A stretch of DNA of 32,000 nt from Nitrosomonas europaea. GTDB taxonomy: Bacteria; Pseudomonadota; Gammaproteobacteria; Burkholderiales; Nitrosomonadaceae. Of the stretch, positions 1 to 10,016 are shown piece by piece. Every line of letters starts with the position of its first letter. Positions within the stretch are counted from its first letter, which is position 1. A program made the position numbers and the translations under genes. The stretch lies in NCBI RefSeq assembly GCF_900167395.1, contig NZ_FUWK01000007.1, positions 41,554 through 73,553 on the forward strand. Reading direction: 5' to 3'. The notes below the pieces were generated by a model. It saw only the letters and a list, made by a program, of their open reading frames with translations, ran no database searches and was not told where the DNA came from.

Positions 1-40
1 CCGGTTGGTGGAGAATGATCTGGAGCATACGGGATTGATT

Positions 41-853
41 TTAAGGCTTGATCGGTCGCTTGGTTTCGTCGTTCCCAGGGAGATCGGTTGCTCTTTTTGC
101 GGCCGGGGCACCCGGAAATGCTCTTGCGATCACCCAGGCACGGACATCGGTTGCTCCGTGGCGGCGTATGACCTTGGCCAGTTCATTCAGAGTGGCGCCG
201 CTGGTCATGACATCATCCACGATGGCGACCCGTTTTCCGGAAAAATTCCGGTTACAGGTAAAGGCATTGCGAACATTCTGTGGACGGTTTTTCCACGGCA
301 GCTCAGTTTGCGAGGGTGTGCTGCGGATGCGTGTACAGGCGGCGGACAGCAACTCGACTCCTGTTTGTCTGCATAGATGACGGCTGATTTCGAGTGCCTG
401 ATTGAATCCTCTTTCTCGCAGTCTGGCCGGGTGGAGTGGCACCGGGATGAGGTAATCAGGCAGAGGATCATCTCGGAATCTGCCCAGCAGCAAGCCGGCC
501 AGTATCGGTGCCAGTGGCAGATCGGAGCGATATTTCAATGCCTGCACCAGAGCATCTGCCGGAAAAGTGTAGCGCAAGGCGGCCCGGATATGGCTCCAGG
601 CAGGTGGATTGCGCAGGCAGGTGCCACAAATTTCCGGTGAAGTCATTGGTAACAGGCAGGACGGACAGTGCACGGGGGGCAATCCGGGAAGATCCTGCAG
701 GCAGGCATTGCAAATATCCTGATGATTGGGTGCCTGGCACAATACACAGTGTTTATGGCTGAACAGTTGTGCAATATTTAATCGCCTGTTTAATATTGGA
801 GAGGAAGAAATTGACAATTCGGGTGTTATCCGTAATGATTTCGCACTATTCAT
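41..853 (-). CDS. comF: ComF/GntX family protein (phosphoribosyltransferase-like competence protein F homolog)
   Basis: ORF 41..943(-). It has N-terminal paired-Cys motifs (CVLCQ..CNAC, CPSC..CGTC) and a C-terminal PRTase signature ([16 protein letters not shown]). The start is uncertain: ATG at 853 was chosen, TTG at 817 is also possible, and the ORF-track start at 943 would overlap the bioB start. Confidence 0.7.
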   Translation of the reverse strand: MNSAKSLRITPELSISSSPILNRRLNIAQLFSHKHCVLCQAPNHQDICNACLQDLPGLPPVHCPSCLLPMTSPEICGTCLRNPPAWSHIRAALRYTFPADALVQALKYRSDLPLAPILAGLLLGRFRDDPLPDYLIPVPLHPARLRERGFNQALEISRHLCRQTGVELLSAACTRIRSTPSQTELPWKNRPQNVRNAFTCNRNFSGKRVAIVDDVMTSGATLNELAKVIRRHGATDVRAWVIARAFPGAPAAKRATDLPGNDETKRPIKP

Positions 854-881
854 TATAACTTGGAGCAGGCTCTCGCCGAGA

Positions 882-1901
882 ATGATCATGGAATCCGCAA
901 CCAGTTTGATTTCTGAAAAACAGTGCGAATGTGCACATCCCAACTCTGATTCGGCAGTACAGGGGTCATCATTGCGCTGGTCGATCGCAGCGATCGAATC
1001 GCTGCTGGATCTGCCATTTTCTGATCTGATTTTTCAGGCACAGACAGTGCATCGCCAGTATCACGATGCTAATGCCGTGCAACTGTCCACGCTGATTTCC
1101 GTAAAAACCGGTGGATGTTCAGAGGATTGTGCCTATTGTCCGCAGGCGGCGCGTTACCACACCGGGGTGGAGAATCAGGCGATTCTGTCGCGTGAGGAAG
1201 TCGTGGCGGCAGCCACTCAGGCCAAGGAAAGCGGTGCCACCCGTTTCTGTATGGGGGCGGCATGGCGCGGACCGAAGCAGCGCGATATCGAGTACATGAC
1301 CGAAGTCATCAGTGCAGTCAAGGCATTGGGGATGGAGACCTGTGCCACACTGGGCATTCTGAAGCCAGGTCAGGCTACTCAGCTCAAACAGGCTGGACTG
1401 GATTACTATAATCACAATCTCGATACTGCCCCCGAGTTTTATGGCGAAATCATTACCACGCGTGAATATCAGGATCGGCTGGATACACTGGAGGAAGTGC
1501 GTGGCGCCAATATCAACGTGTGTTGTGGCGGTATCGTCGGCCTGGGGGAATCTCGCATGGCCCGGGCAGGATTGATTGCACAACTGGCCAATCTCGATCC
1601 TTATCCTGAATCGGTGCCGATCAATTATCTGGTTCAGGTAGAGGGTACACCCTTGTACGGCACGCCTGAGCTCGATCCATTCGAATTCGTCCGTACCATT
1701 GCGGCAGCGCGTATTACCATGCCCAAAGCGATGGTCAGACTTTCCGCCGGCCGCCGGCAAATGCCGGAAGCCATCCAGGCACTGTGTTTTCTGGCGGGTG
1801 CCAATTCCATCTTCTACGGCGATAAACTGCTGACGACGGGTAACCCGGATACGGAAAAAGATCTGGCGTTGTTTGAAAAACTGGGGCTGCATGCATTGTA
1901 G
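882..1901 (+). CDS. bioB: biotin synthase (radical SAM)
   Basis: Radical-SAM motif [10 protein letters not shown] plus YNHNLDT and a GGIVGLGE region. It is the first gene of the bio operon. The ORF-track start at 726 gives an atypical 52-aa extension, so ATG 882 (or 888) fits the usual length of about 335 aa. Confidence 0.93.
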   Translation: MIMESATSLISEKQCECAHPNSDSAVQGSSLRWSIAAIESLLDLPFSDLIFQAQTVHRQYHDANAVQLSTLISVKTGGCSEDCAYCPQAARYHTGVENQAILSREEVVAAATQAKESGATRFCMGAAWRGPKQRDIEYMTEVISAVKALGMETCATLGILKPGQATQLKQAGLDYYNHNLDTAPEFYGEIITTREYQDRLDTLEEVRGANINVCCGGIVGLGESRMARAGLIAQLANLDPYPESVPINYLVQVEGTPLYGTPELDPFEFVRTIAAARITMPKAMVRLSAGRRQMPEAIQALCFLAGANSIFYGDKLLTTGNPDTEKDLALFEKLGLHAL

Positions 1902-1921
1902 TCGGTGTGCAGGGTAGTCGT

Positions 1922-3085
1922 ATGTTGGCGGATCTGAGCGAAGCGTTACGGGAGCGCCAGCAGGAAGGGCTGTACCGTTCACGTCCGGTGCTGGAAGGGC
2001 CACAATCTCCACATGTCACTATCGATGGCAGGGATTTTCTGGCTTTTTGCAGTAACGATTATCTGGGGTTGGCCAATCACCCGGCCTTGATCGAAGCTGC
2101 AGCGGAAGGTGCGCGGTGTTATGGCGTCGGCTCGGGCGCTTCTCACCTGATCAGCGGTCATTTTCGTGCACATCATGAACTGGAGGAAGCGCTGGCGGCA
2201 TTTGTCGGGCTACCGCGCACCTTGCTGTTTTCCACCGGATACATGGCCAATATGGCAGTGGTGACTGCGCTGGCAGGCCGGGGAGATGCGATCTTTGCAG
2301 ATCGCCTCAATCATGCTTCACTCAATGATGCTGCTTTGCTTTCTCGTGCTCGTTTCATTCGTTACCCGCATCTCGATCTCGATACCCTGGCACGGCAGCT
2401 GGAAACGACGAAAGCCCGGCGCCGGCTGGTCGTCACCGATGCGGTATTCAGTATGGATGGTGATATGGCACCGGTTGCCGAGCTGCTGACATTGTGTCAG
2501 CGCTTTGATGCCTGGCTGCTGCTGGATGATGCGCATGGATTCGGTGTGCTCGGGGAACGGGGTAAGGGCAGTCTGTATCATTCGCAAAGAATAGAACGGG
2601 ATACACCCTATCTGATTTACATGGCAACGTTGGGCAAGGCGGCGGGGGTATCCGGTGCTTTCGTAGCGGCACAAGCACCTGTCGTTGAAACACTCATCCA
2701 GCATGGCCGCACCTATGGCTATACTACGGCAGCACCACCTTTGCTGGCGCACACCTTACTGACCAGCCTGCAACTGATCAGTCAGGAGAGTTGGCGGCGG
2801 GAACGACTTGCTTTGCTGATCGAGCGATTGCGGCAGAGGTTGCACTCCCTTCCCTGGCCATTGCTGCTGTCTGAAACCCCGATACAGCCATTGCTGGTGG
2901 GCGAAAGTCAGGAAGCCGTTCGGCTGGATCTGGCGTTGCGTGAGCGTGGTATCTGGGTGCCAGCTATTCGTCCGCCGACCGTACCACAAGGCATGGCACG
3001 ATTACGCATCAGTTTGTCTGCTGTGCATACTGAGGCGGATGTCGATCGATTGGGTGCAGCTTTGCGTGATCTGGCCCAGTGTTGA
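1922..3085 (+). CDS. bioF: 8-amino-7-oxononanoate synthase (PLP-dependent)
   Basis: The translation is typical BioF: LYRSRPVLEG, DFLAFCSNDYLGLANHP, SMDGD and TLGKAAG (PLP lysine). ATG 1922 is preceded by AGGGT. GTG 1907 is an alternative start. Confidence 0.92.
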   Translation: MLADLSEALRERQQEGLYRSRPVLEGPQSPHVTIDGRDFLAFCSNDYLGLANHPALIEAAAEGARCYGVGSGASHLISGHFRAHHELEEALAAFVGLPRTLLFSTGYMANMAVVTALAGRGDAIFADRLNHASLNDAALLSRARFIRYPHLDLDTLARQLETTKARRRLVVTDAVFSMDGDMAPVAELLTLCQRFDAWLLLDDAHGFGVLGERGKGSLYHSQRIERDTPYLIYMATLGKAAGVSGAFVAAQAPVVETLIQHGRTYGYTTAAPPLLAHTLLTSLQLISQESWRRERLALLIERLRQRLHSLPWPLLLSETPIQPLLVGESQEAVRLDLALRERGIWVPAIRPPTVPQGMARLRISLSAVHTEADVDRLGAALRDLAQC

Positions 3086-3086
3086 C

Positions 3087-3845
3087 ATGGCCTCGATACA
3101 TATCGAGACGACTGGAAATGGTCCTGATCTGGTGATGTTGCATGGCTGGGCCATGCACAGCGGTGTATGGGATGGCGTGGTGGAATCGTTATCGCAGCGT
3201 TTCCGGCTGCATCAGGTCGATCTGCCCGGGCATGGTGCCAGCCGTGATTGTGCGCTGGATTCACTGGATCAGATGACCGAAGTGATTGCGGACCGTTTGC
3301 CCGGTCGTTATAGCGTGTGTGGCTGGTCGCTCGGCGGTCAGGTAGCGATCAGGCTGGCATTGCAGGCGCCGGAACGTGTCCAGCAACTGGTACTGGTTGC
3401 CAGTACCCCCTGTTTTGTCAGGCGCGCGGACTGGCCATGGGGAATGGAAGATTCCACCCTGACGCTGTTCATGGAAAATCTGGCGCGCGATTATACCCAG
3501 ACGCTCAACCGTTTTCTGACTCTGCAAGTCAGCGGCAGTGAGGATCAAGCCCGGGTACTGGCATGGTTGCGTAAGAGTATTCTGCGTGGCCAGCCGCCAA
3601 CGCCGGCAACACTTCAGGCAGGATTGAAAATTTTGCAGACCAGTGATTTGAGGGCTGAATTGAATCAGGTCAGTCAGCCTGTACTGCTGATCCACGGCCG
3701 GAACGATGTTATCACCCCGGCCGGCGCAGCAGACTGGATGCAGCAACATTTACCCCGGGCGCGGCTGGTGCTGTTTCCCCATTGCGGCCATGCGCCGTTT
3801 CTTTCTTTTCCTGAGCAATTCGTGAGTTGTTTCGATGCATTATGA
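3087..3845 (+). CDS. bioH: pimeloyl-ACP methyl ester esterase (alpha/beta hydrolase)
   Basis: Motifs are LVMLHGWAMHSGVW, the nucleophile elbow GWSLGG and the C-terminal catalytic His in CGHAPF. ATG 3087 lies 1 nt after the bioF stop. The position inside the bio operon supports the call. Confidence 0.88.
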   Translation: MASIHIETTGNGPDLVMLHGWAMHSGVWDGVVESLSQRFRLHQVDLPGHGASRDCALDSLDQMTEVIADRLPGRYSVCGWSLGGQVAIRLALQAPERVQQLVLVASTPCFVRRADWPWGMEDSTLTLFMENLARDYTQTLNRFLTLQVSGSEDQARVLAWLRKSILRGQPPTPATLQAGLKILQTSDLRAELNQVSQPVLLIHGRNDVITPAGAADWMQQHLPRARLVLFPHCGHAPFLSFPEQFVSCFDAL

Positions 3846-4731
3846 TCATGTACTCGACAAGCGTATGCTGCGTCGATCGTTCGAACAGGCGGCAGCCGGT
3901 TATGACCAGTCTGCTGTGTTGCAGCGGGAAATATGTGACCGCATGCTGTCCCGTCTGGAATACATCAAATATGTTCCCGCCAGAATACTCGATGCGGGCA
4001 GCGGAACCGGTTATGGCACGCGCAAGCTGATCGAACGCTATCCTGCGGCAGAAATCATGCCGATGGATATTGCGCTGACGATGCATCGCTGTGCGCGCAT
4101 GGCGATCTCGGAGCAAATACCAGGATGGCAGCGCTGGCTGCCATTCAGGCGCCACTGGCCCAGAGATTATATTTGTGCGGATATCGAACAGTTACCTCTG
4201 GGCGAAGCCAGTATCGGGATGATCTGGTCCAATCTGGCGATCCAGTGGTGTAATGATCTCAGGCAGACATTCGCGGAAGCCTATCGTGTGCTGGAGAACG
4301 GCGGCCTGCTGATGTTCAGCACATTCGGACCAGATACATTGAAGGAATTGCGGCAGGCTTTCAAGTCAGCGGATTCGTTCAGCCACGTCAATCGGTTTAC
4401 GGATATGCACGATATCGGTGACATGCTGGTGAATTGTGGCTTTTCATTACCAGTCATGGATATGGAATACATCACGCTGACTTATGAGGATGTCAGGGGG
4501 GTGATGCAGGATCTCAAGGCAATCGGTGCTCGCAACGTGACACAAGGGCGCAGGCGCGGATTGACCGGCAAAGCGGCATGGCAGCAAGTAATCGAGCGGT
4601 ATGAGGCGCTGCGTCAGGATGGAAGGCTGCCGGCCACGTATGAAGTGGTGTATGGCCATGCCTGGAAACCGGAATCGCGCCAGGTTCAGTTGAAGCCGGA
4701 GACACGGCGCAAGCTTGGTCTGGAGCCATAA
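3835..4731 (+). CDS. bioC: malonyl-ACP O-methyltransferase (class I SAM methyltransferase)
   Basis: SAM-binding motif ILDAGSGTGYGT. There is an 11-nt overlap with the bioH stop. Operon context supports the call. Confidence 0.88.
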   Translation: MHYDHVLDKRMLRRSFEQAAAGYDQSAVLQREICDRMLSRLEYIKYVPARILDAGSGTGYGTRKLIERYPAAEIMPMDIALTMHRCARMAISEQIPGWQRWLPFRRHWPRDYICADIEQLPLGEASIGMIWSNLAIQWCNDLRQTFAEAYRVLENGGLLMFSTFGPDTLKELRQAFKSADSFSHVNRFTDMHDIGDMLVNCGFSLPVMDMEYITLTYEDVRGVMQDLKAIGARNVTQGRRRGLTGKAAWQQVIERYEALRQDGRLPATYEVVYGHAWKPESRQVQLKPETRRKLGLEP

Positions 4732-5417
4732 TGGCACCCGCCGGATTGTTTGTCACCGGCACCGATACCGGAATCGGTAAAACTGTAGTGAGCTGTGCCC
4801 TGCTGCACGCTTTCTCGGCTGAAGGCCATACGGTGATCGGAATGAAACCAGTGGCGGCAGGCTGTGAAAACGGGCAATGGCAGGATGTGGAAAATCTGAA
4901 GAAAGCCAGCAATGTCAGCATGCCGCAATCACTGATCAATCCCTATGCCTTTGTGGAACCGGTTGCGCCGCATATCGCTGCTCGACAGGCAGGCATCGTT
5001 ATCGACCTGAGGGTGATTCGGCAGGCCTGTGAACAGCTGCAGGCGGCAGCAGAGGTAACGATAGTCGAAGGTATCGGAGGTTTTCGGGTGCCGCTGTCAT
5101 CATCAGGTACACCGAATGGCCGCTATGACACCAGCGATCTCGCCAGAGTGCTGGGGTTGCCGGTAATTCTGGTGGTGGGTATGCGGCTGGGTTGTCTCAA
5201 TCATGCATTGCTGACAGCCCGTGCGGTTGAATCAGCCGGATTGAAACTGGCGGGTTGGGTAGCGAATACCATCGACCCGGAAATGCTGCAACCGGCGGCA
5301 AATCTGCAGACACTGACTGAATGGCTCGACTGCCCGTTGCTGGGTGTTCTGCCGTTTCAGGAACAGCTCGACGTGCAGCAGCTTGCCGGGCTGATCGATC
5401 TGTCCCGACTGGAATGA
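4731..5417 (+). CDS. bioD: dethiobiotin synthase
   Basis: N-terminal P-loop FVTGTDTGIGKT. The start overlaps the bioC stop (ATAATG). It is the last gene of the bio operon. Confidence 0.9.
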   Translation: MAPAGLFVTGTDTGIGKTVVSCALLHAFSAEGHTVIGMKPVAAGCENGQWQDVENLKKASNVSMPQSLINPYAFVEPVAPHIAARQAGIVIDLRVIRQACEQLQAAAEVTIVEGIGGFRVPLSSSGTPNGRYDTSDLARVLGLPVILVVGMRLGCLNHALLTARAVESAGLKLAGWVANTIDPEMLQPAANLQTLTEWLDCPLLGVLPFQEQLDVQQLAGLIDLSRLE

Positions 5418-5454
5418 AGCCGGTATCGAAACAGGATCTGAAGCGTGGCCTGAT

Positions 5455-6405
5455 TTACAGTATCAGTTTGAGTTTCTCGGTGGCCTTGACGAGTTCGATC
5501 AGGATGCCGGGTTCCCAGGCCGAATGGCCGGCGTCATTGACTACGATATAGTCGGCCTGCGGCCAGGCCAGGTGCAGATCATGTGCGCTGACGATCGGAC
5601 AAACGGCATCGTAACGCCCCTGGACAATGACACCAGGCAGATGATGGATCTTATGTACATTTTCGAGCAGGCTGTTTTCCGGCAGAAAGATATTATTTCT
5701 GAAGTAATGGGCTTCTATCTTTGCCAAGCCGAGCGCAACTGTGTCACTGGTGAAATAATCGACTGTGTCAGGATTGGGCAGCAGGGTTGAGCAACTTCCT
5801 TCGTAGCGCCCCCACGCTTTCGCCGCTGGCATGTGGACAGCGGGATCGGGATCCATCAGTAAACGGTAGTAAGAAGAAAGAATGTCGCATTGTTCGATCG
5901 GTGAGAGGCGGGCGACAAATTCGCGCCAGACTTCGGGAAAAAAATTGCGCAAGCCGTACAGGAACCAGTTGATTTCACCGGGCCGACAAAGAAAGATGCC
6001 GCGCAGGATGAATCCCAGACAGCGATCAGGATGAGCTTCGCCATAGGCAAGTGCCAGTGTGCTGCCCCAGGAGCCGCCAAAGATCAGCCATCGTTCGATA
6101 CCGAGGTGCTGCCGCAAGGTTTCGATATCTTCGATGAGCAGCGGAGTAGTGTTGTCTCTGGTTTCACCCAGCGGTAGCGAACGTCCGGCGCCACGCTGAT
6201 CGAAAATGACGATCCGGTAACGGGCAGGATCAAAGAAACGCCGATGGGCAGGTGTGGCACCCGCCCCCGGCCCGCCGTGCAGGAATAAGACGGGGATGCC
6301 GTTCTGATTGCCTGATTGTTCCCAGTACATGGTGTGAGTGTCATCCAGCGGAAGCATGCCGTGATCATGAGGTTCGACTGGGGGAAAAAGCCCGGTATGT
6401 GTCAT
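5455..6405 (-). CDS. pip: proline iminopeptidase (prolyl aminopeptidase, alpha/beta hydrolase)
   Basis: Motifs are LFLHGGPGAG, the GGSWGSTLALAY nucleophile elbow and WEQSGNQNG. The internal ATG at 6405 gives about 316 aa, typical for Pip. The ORF-track start at 6462 adds 19 aa. Confidence 0.88.
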   Translation of the reverse strand: MTHTGLFPPVEPHDHGMLPLDDTHTMYWEQSGNQNGIPVLFLHGGPGAGATPAHRRFFDPARYRIVIFDQRGAGRSLPLGETRDNTTPLLIEDIETLRQHLGIERWLIFGGSWGSTLALAYGEAHPDRCLGFILRGIFLCRPGEINWFLYGLRNFFPEVWREFVARLSPIEQCDILSSYYRLLMDPDPAVHMPAAKAWGRYEGSCSTLLPNPDTVDYFTSDTVALGLAKIEAHYFRNNIFLPENSLLENVHKIHHLPGVIVQGRYDAVCPIVSAHDLHLAWPQADYIVVNDAGHSAWEPGILIELVKATEKLKLIL

Positions 6406-6751
6406 GGTATGTTGTACAGGTTTGTTATAAAGGAAGCACAGATTATGGTTGTGTAATGGCATTTTAGCACTGTGGTATGTCAGGATTGTATCCGGTAGTT
6501 TGGCTGGATGATTGCTGTTAACCAGGTCTGATGCTGCCAGTCGAATGAAAATGGGCTCGCAGAGGTGAGAATACTGTATAGTCGCGCGGGTAGCGCGATG
6601 CCGATGTAATCGGCAGTGATCAGGCCAGGTAGTTTGCAGGAATTTCGTACTGCGTGTGTTGTCTGCTGGACAGAAACTTGAAAAGATAAAACAGGAGCAG
6701 AAGGATTGATGCTGGTAAAAACCGGGATAAGGTAAATTGCCTGTGGACGAA

Positions 6752-7906
6752 ATGGCTTCACAGGGTTCCCAACCGTCGAGACTGGGCCTGGTTTTGACCG
6801 GGGGCGGTGCACGGGCCGCTTATCAGATAGGTGTGCTGCGGGCAATTGCCGAAATGCTGCCCCCGCACGCTCGCAGTCCTTTTCCGGTTGTCTGTGGGAC
6901 TTCCGCCGGAGCAATCAATGCTGCTGGTCTCGCCATGGCTGCAACCCATTTTTCTACCGGAATCAAACGGCTGGAAGCAGTATGGGGCAATCTGCATACT
7001 GGCCAGATCTATCGTTCTGATCTGATCGGGGTACTGCATAATGCGCTGCGTTATTTTGGCTCGATCGTGTCGAGCAGAATGGCAGGTAAACCCGTTTCGC
7101 TGCTGGATAATACACCACTCAGGCAGCTATTGGCCTGTCATTTGCCCTTCAGAGGGATACGCAGGAGTATTCATGCAGGGGCGCTGCACGCGCTCGGCAT
7201 AACGGCCTGGGGGTATGCGTCCGGGCAGTCGGTTACTTTTTATCAGGCCAGTCCCAGCGTCATTCCCTGGAAGCGTGCGCAACGCATTGGTGTTCCTTCG
7301 CGCATTGGTATCCAGCATCTGGTGGCATCTGCTTCGATTCCGTTCATTTTTCCGGCAATCCGGGTCAATCGTGAGTATTTTGGTGATGGCTCCATGCGGC
7401 AGCTTGCGCCGCTCAGCCCCGCATTGCATCTCGGCGCAGACCGCTTGCTGGTGATTGGTGTGAACGAGAAAAAGGAGACTGATTGCGAACGTACCAAGGT
7501 AACCGGATATCCGCCGCTGGCGCAGATTGCCGGGCATGTGATGAACAGTATTTTCGTCGACAGTCTGGATGTCGATCTCGAGCGTTTGCAGCGTATCAAC
7601 CAGACATTGAGCCTGATTCCGGGGATGCAAGCAGGAAACGGTCCTGCGCTGCGCATGGTGGACTGCATGGTGATTACACCCAGCGAAAGGATCGATGAAC
7701 TGACACAAGCGTATGCCAACAGTTTGCCGCGTCCGATCCGCTACTTTTTTCGTGCTGCCGGGGCAATGGGTCCGAAGGGTTCTGCCATGCTCAGTTATGT
7801 ATTGTTTGAGGCTCCTTTTTGCCAGGCACTGATCGATTTGGGTTACCGGGATACCTTGCGCCGGCAGGATGAGCTATTTGCATTTATTTCCGAGCGACGG
7901 GAGTAG
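6752..7906 (+). CDS. patatin-like phospholipase family protein (RssA-like)
   Basis: It has the oxyanion motif LTGGGARAAYQIG, the serine lipase motif GTSAG and a catalytic Asp in a DGS(M) motif. TTG 6737 is an alternative start. Confidence 0.85.
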   Translation: MASQGSQPSRLGLVLTGGGARAAYQIGVLRAIAEMLPPHARSPFPVVCGTSAGAINAAGLAMAATHFSTGIKRLEAVWGNLHTGQIYRSDLIGVLHNALRYFGSIVSSRMAGKPVSLLDNTPLRQLLACHLPFRGIRRSIHAGALHALGITAWGYASGQSVTFYQASPSVIPWKRAQRIGVPSRIGIQHLVASASIPFIFPAIRVNREYFGDGSMRQLAPLSPALHLGADRLLVIGVNEKKETDCERTKVTGYPPLAQIAGHVMNSIFVDSLDVDLERLQRINQTLSLIPGMQAGNGPALRMVDCMVITPSERIDELTQAYANSLPRPIRYFFRAAGAMGPKGSAMLSYVLFEAPFCQALIDLGYRDTLRRQDELFAFISERRE

Positions 7907-7911
7907 AAAAT

Positions 7912-8631
7912 ATGGATGTGACCGATCCACAGTTCTGGATTGCCGTTTTTCAGATCATTGCCATCGATATCGCTCTGGGTGCAGACAATGCCGTGGTGAT
8001 TGCGCTGGCATGCCGGAATCTGCCGGAGAATAAGCGTAATCAGGGAATATTCTGGGGAACGGCAGGGGCGATCGGGATACGAATCCTGCTGGTCTTTTTT
8101 GCACTTCAGCTGTTGGCATTGCCTTATTTGAAAATTACCGGTGGTTTGTTGTTGTTGTGGATCGGCGTTAAACTGCTGTTGCCGGAGCCCGCTAGTGAAA
8201 GCGGGCCGGTTGTGAAAGGGGGAGCGACCACTCTACCGGGCGTGATCAGGACCATCATCATCGCCGATACGGTGATGAGTCTGGATAATGTCATGGGAAT
8301 TGCCGGTGCAGCCAGGGACAGTCTTGCGCTGGTGATATTCGGCCTGCTGTTCAGTGTTCCCATCATCGTCTGGGGCAGCAAGCTGGTGATGAAATGGATC
8401 GAGCGTTTTCCTGTCATCGTCGTTATCGGTGCCGGTTTGCTCGGCTGGATTGCCGGTGATTTGCTCACAGGTGATACGATCAGTCAGGAATGGGTTGCAA
8501 CACAGGCTGCCTACCTGCAATGGCTGGTGCCGGCAGCCTGTTCGCTGCTGGTGATCGGGACCGGAAAATGGCTGACAGCCCGGATACAGAAAAAAGCGCG
8601 GGCATCCATGGATTTACTGGGGAAAGATTGA
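7912..8631 (+). CDS. TerC/YjbE family integral membrane protein
   Basis: Multi-pass hydrophobic protein with the duplicated TerC-type motifs LGADNAVVIAL and SLDNVMGIAGAA. It starts 5 nt after the patatin stop. Confidence 0.8.
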   Translation: MDVTDPQFWIAVFQIIAIDIALGADNAVVIALACRNLPENKRNQGIFWGTAGAIGIRILLVFFALQLLALPYLKITGGLLLLWIGVKLLLPEPASESGPVVKGGATTLPGVIRTIIIADTVMSLDNVMGIAGAARDSLALVIFGLLFSVPIIVWGSKLVMKWIERFPVIVVIGAGLLGWIAGDLLTGDTISQEWVATQAAYLQWLVPAACSLLVIGTGKWLTARIQKKARASMDLLGKD

Positions 8632-8727
8632 ACCTGGAAACTGTTCAGTTGGATGCGCAGTGAGGCAACGGGTTGATCCCGCTAAAACATAGTCTGTGAT
8701 GAAACACACGTGAAAGAGAGGTGCCTT

Positions 8728-9153
8728 ATGTTAAAAATGTTACTGCCGGTCGATGGTTCTGAAGCTTCCGGACGGGCGATCGAGGAGTTTGTGAAAAGGC
8801 TCGACTGGTATCGTGAAAAACCGGAGATTCACCTGCTGAACGTGCGGATGCCGCTGACCGGTAATGTTTCCATGTTTGTCAGCAAGGAAGAGATTGGTGA
8901 TTATTACCGCGAGGAAGGTCTTAGAAATCTGCAGCAGGCTCGCGGCTATCTGGAAGAAAAGGGGGTTGCCTACCGGCACCATATCGTCGTGGGGGAAGTG
9001 GTGACCATGATCCTGCAATTTGCCGAGGAAATACAGTGTGACCAGGTCGTTATCGGTCCGCGCGGATTGGGTGCGGTCAAGGGTTTGTTGCTTGGCTCGG
9101 TTGCCAGCAAACTGATCCAGCTTTCGACTGTTCCGGTTTTGTTGCTCAAATAG
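8728..9153 (+). CDS. universal stress protein (UspA family)
   Basis: N-terminal LLPVDGSE and a C-terminal ATP-binding-type motif VVIGPRGLGAVKGLLLGSVASK. ATG 8728 is preceded by GAGAGG. Confidence 0.85.
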   Translation: MLKMLLPVDGSEASGRAIEEFVKRLDWYREKPEIHLLNVRMPLTGNVSMFVSKEEIGDYYREEGLRNLQQARGYLEEKGVAYRHHIVVGEVVTMILQFAEEIQCDQVVIGPRGLGAVKGLLLGSVASKLIQLSTVPVLLLK

Positions 9154-9239
9154 CAGGAAATCCATCGTAATCCTCCATCTGTTAAAGCAAATGATCTGCC
9201 GGCGGTTGCCGTTAAATCCGGGGTGGAGGGTTCATCAAT

Positions 9240-10004
9240 TTGAAATTAAAAGTATTGGGCTGTGGCGGTGGAATAGGGAGTAATTCTCATACCACCGCAA
9301 TGCTGCTGGACGAGGATATTCTGATCGATGCCGGCACCGGAGTCGGCACGCTCGCGTTGGATGATCTGCTGAAAATCGATCATGTATTCGTCACGCATTC
9401 CCACCTGGATCATATTGCATTCATTCCTTTTCTGGTCGACACGACTGGCAGTCTGCGTGATCGTCCGCTGATCGTGCATGCTCTGCCTGCAACATTGGAA
9501 TGTCTGCAGAAGCACATTTTCAACTGGCATGTCTGGCCGGATTTTTCCCGTATCCCTGATGCCGTCCGCCCCTATATGCGTTACCAGCCATTTGCGGTGG
9601 GTGAGACTATAGTGCTGGGTTCGCGCAGAATTACACCGCTGCCGGCTTGCCATGCTGTTCCGGCTGTGGGCTTTCAGCTTGATTCCGGTCAGGCCAGTCT
9701 GGTATTTACCGGTGATACCACTGCCAATGATGGATTATGGGAAGCTATCAACCGGATTACCAACCTACGCTATCTGATCATCGAATCTGCCTTCAGTGAT
9801 GTCAAACATGACATCGCGAGGCGTTCCGGACATTTCTATCCTGCCTTGCTCGCAGATGAACTGAATAAACTGCAGCATGATGCCGAAATATACATTACCC
9901 ATCTGCGTCAGGGGGAAGCAGAGCTGACCATGCAGGAAATTCTTGCCAGAATCAGCCGTTTTGATCTGCGCAGATTGATGAGTAATCAGATATTTGAATT
10001 CTAG
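9240..10004 (+). CDS. class II 3',5'-cyclic-nucleotide phosphodiesterase (metallo-beta-lactamase fold, CpdP-like)
   Basis: Motifs are KVLGCGGGIG and the metal-binding HxHxDH motif (THSHLDH). Length of about 254 aa fits. The start is TTG, 9 nt after GGAGGG. Confidence 0.8.
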   Translation: MKLKVLGCGGGIGSNSHTTAMLLDEDILIDAGTGVGTLALDDLLKIDHVFVTHSHLDHIAFIPFLVDTTGSLRDRPLIVHALPATLECLQKHIFNWHVWPDFSRIPDAVRPYMRYQPFAVGETIVLGSRRITPLPACHAVPAVGFQLDSGQASLVFTGDTTANDGLWEAINRITNLRYLIIESAFSDVKHDIARRSGHFYPALLADELNKLQHDAEIYITHLRQGEAELTMQEILARISRFDLRRLMSNQIFEF

Positions 10005-10016
10005 GATAGAGTGAAT

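Noticed and set aside
811-838. Perfect TTGACA hexamer at 811-816 as a possible bioB promoter, and the AATATT repeats at about 775-797 as a possible BirA/bio operator.
   Set aside because: The only -10 candidates at 16-17 nt spacing (TAATGA/AATGAT) are weak. No TGTAAACC..GGTTTACA-type biotin operator is present. The site may lie inside the comF coding region. There is not enough support to call it.
726-881. 5' extensions in the ORF track: bioB from 726, bioH from 2940, the dehydrogenase from 29461, wza from 27608, pip from 6462 and usp from 8710.
   Set aside because: The extensions overlap the preceding gene or add non-homologous leader residues. Internal ATGs with better RBS spacing give family-typical N-termini and lengths.
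1119-2012. Long antisense ORFs opposite well-supported genes. Examples: 1119..2012(-) 297 aa opposite bioB/bioF, 11358..12377(-) 339 aa opposite the GspE-like ATPase, 18024..18665(-) opposite smc, and 29473..30663(-) 396 aa opposite the dehydrogenase.
   Set aside because: Their translations are low-complexity or Arg/Gly/His-rich with no recognisable motifs. Each lies entirely inside a sense-strand gene with strong family signatures. They are typical shadow ORFs caused by codon bias.
6480-6914. 144-aa minus-strand ORF spanning the pip/patatin intergenic region.
   Set aside because: It has no motif and no RBS, and it overlaps the well-supported patatin N-terminus in antisense. It is probably spurious. 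The short hairpins in 6590-6640 are too weak to call an sRNA.
6752-7906. Patatin-like lipase as a CBASS (CapV-like) defence effector.
   Set aside because: No CD-NTase/cyclase, no other defence-type partner and no mobile-element context adjacent. It is followed at 5 nt by a TerC-family gene and looks like a housekeeping RssA-type patatin.
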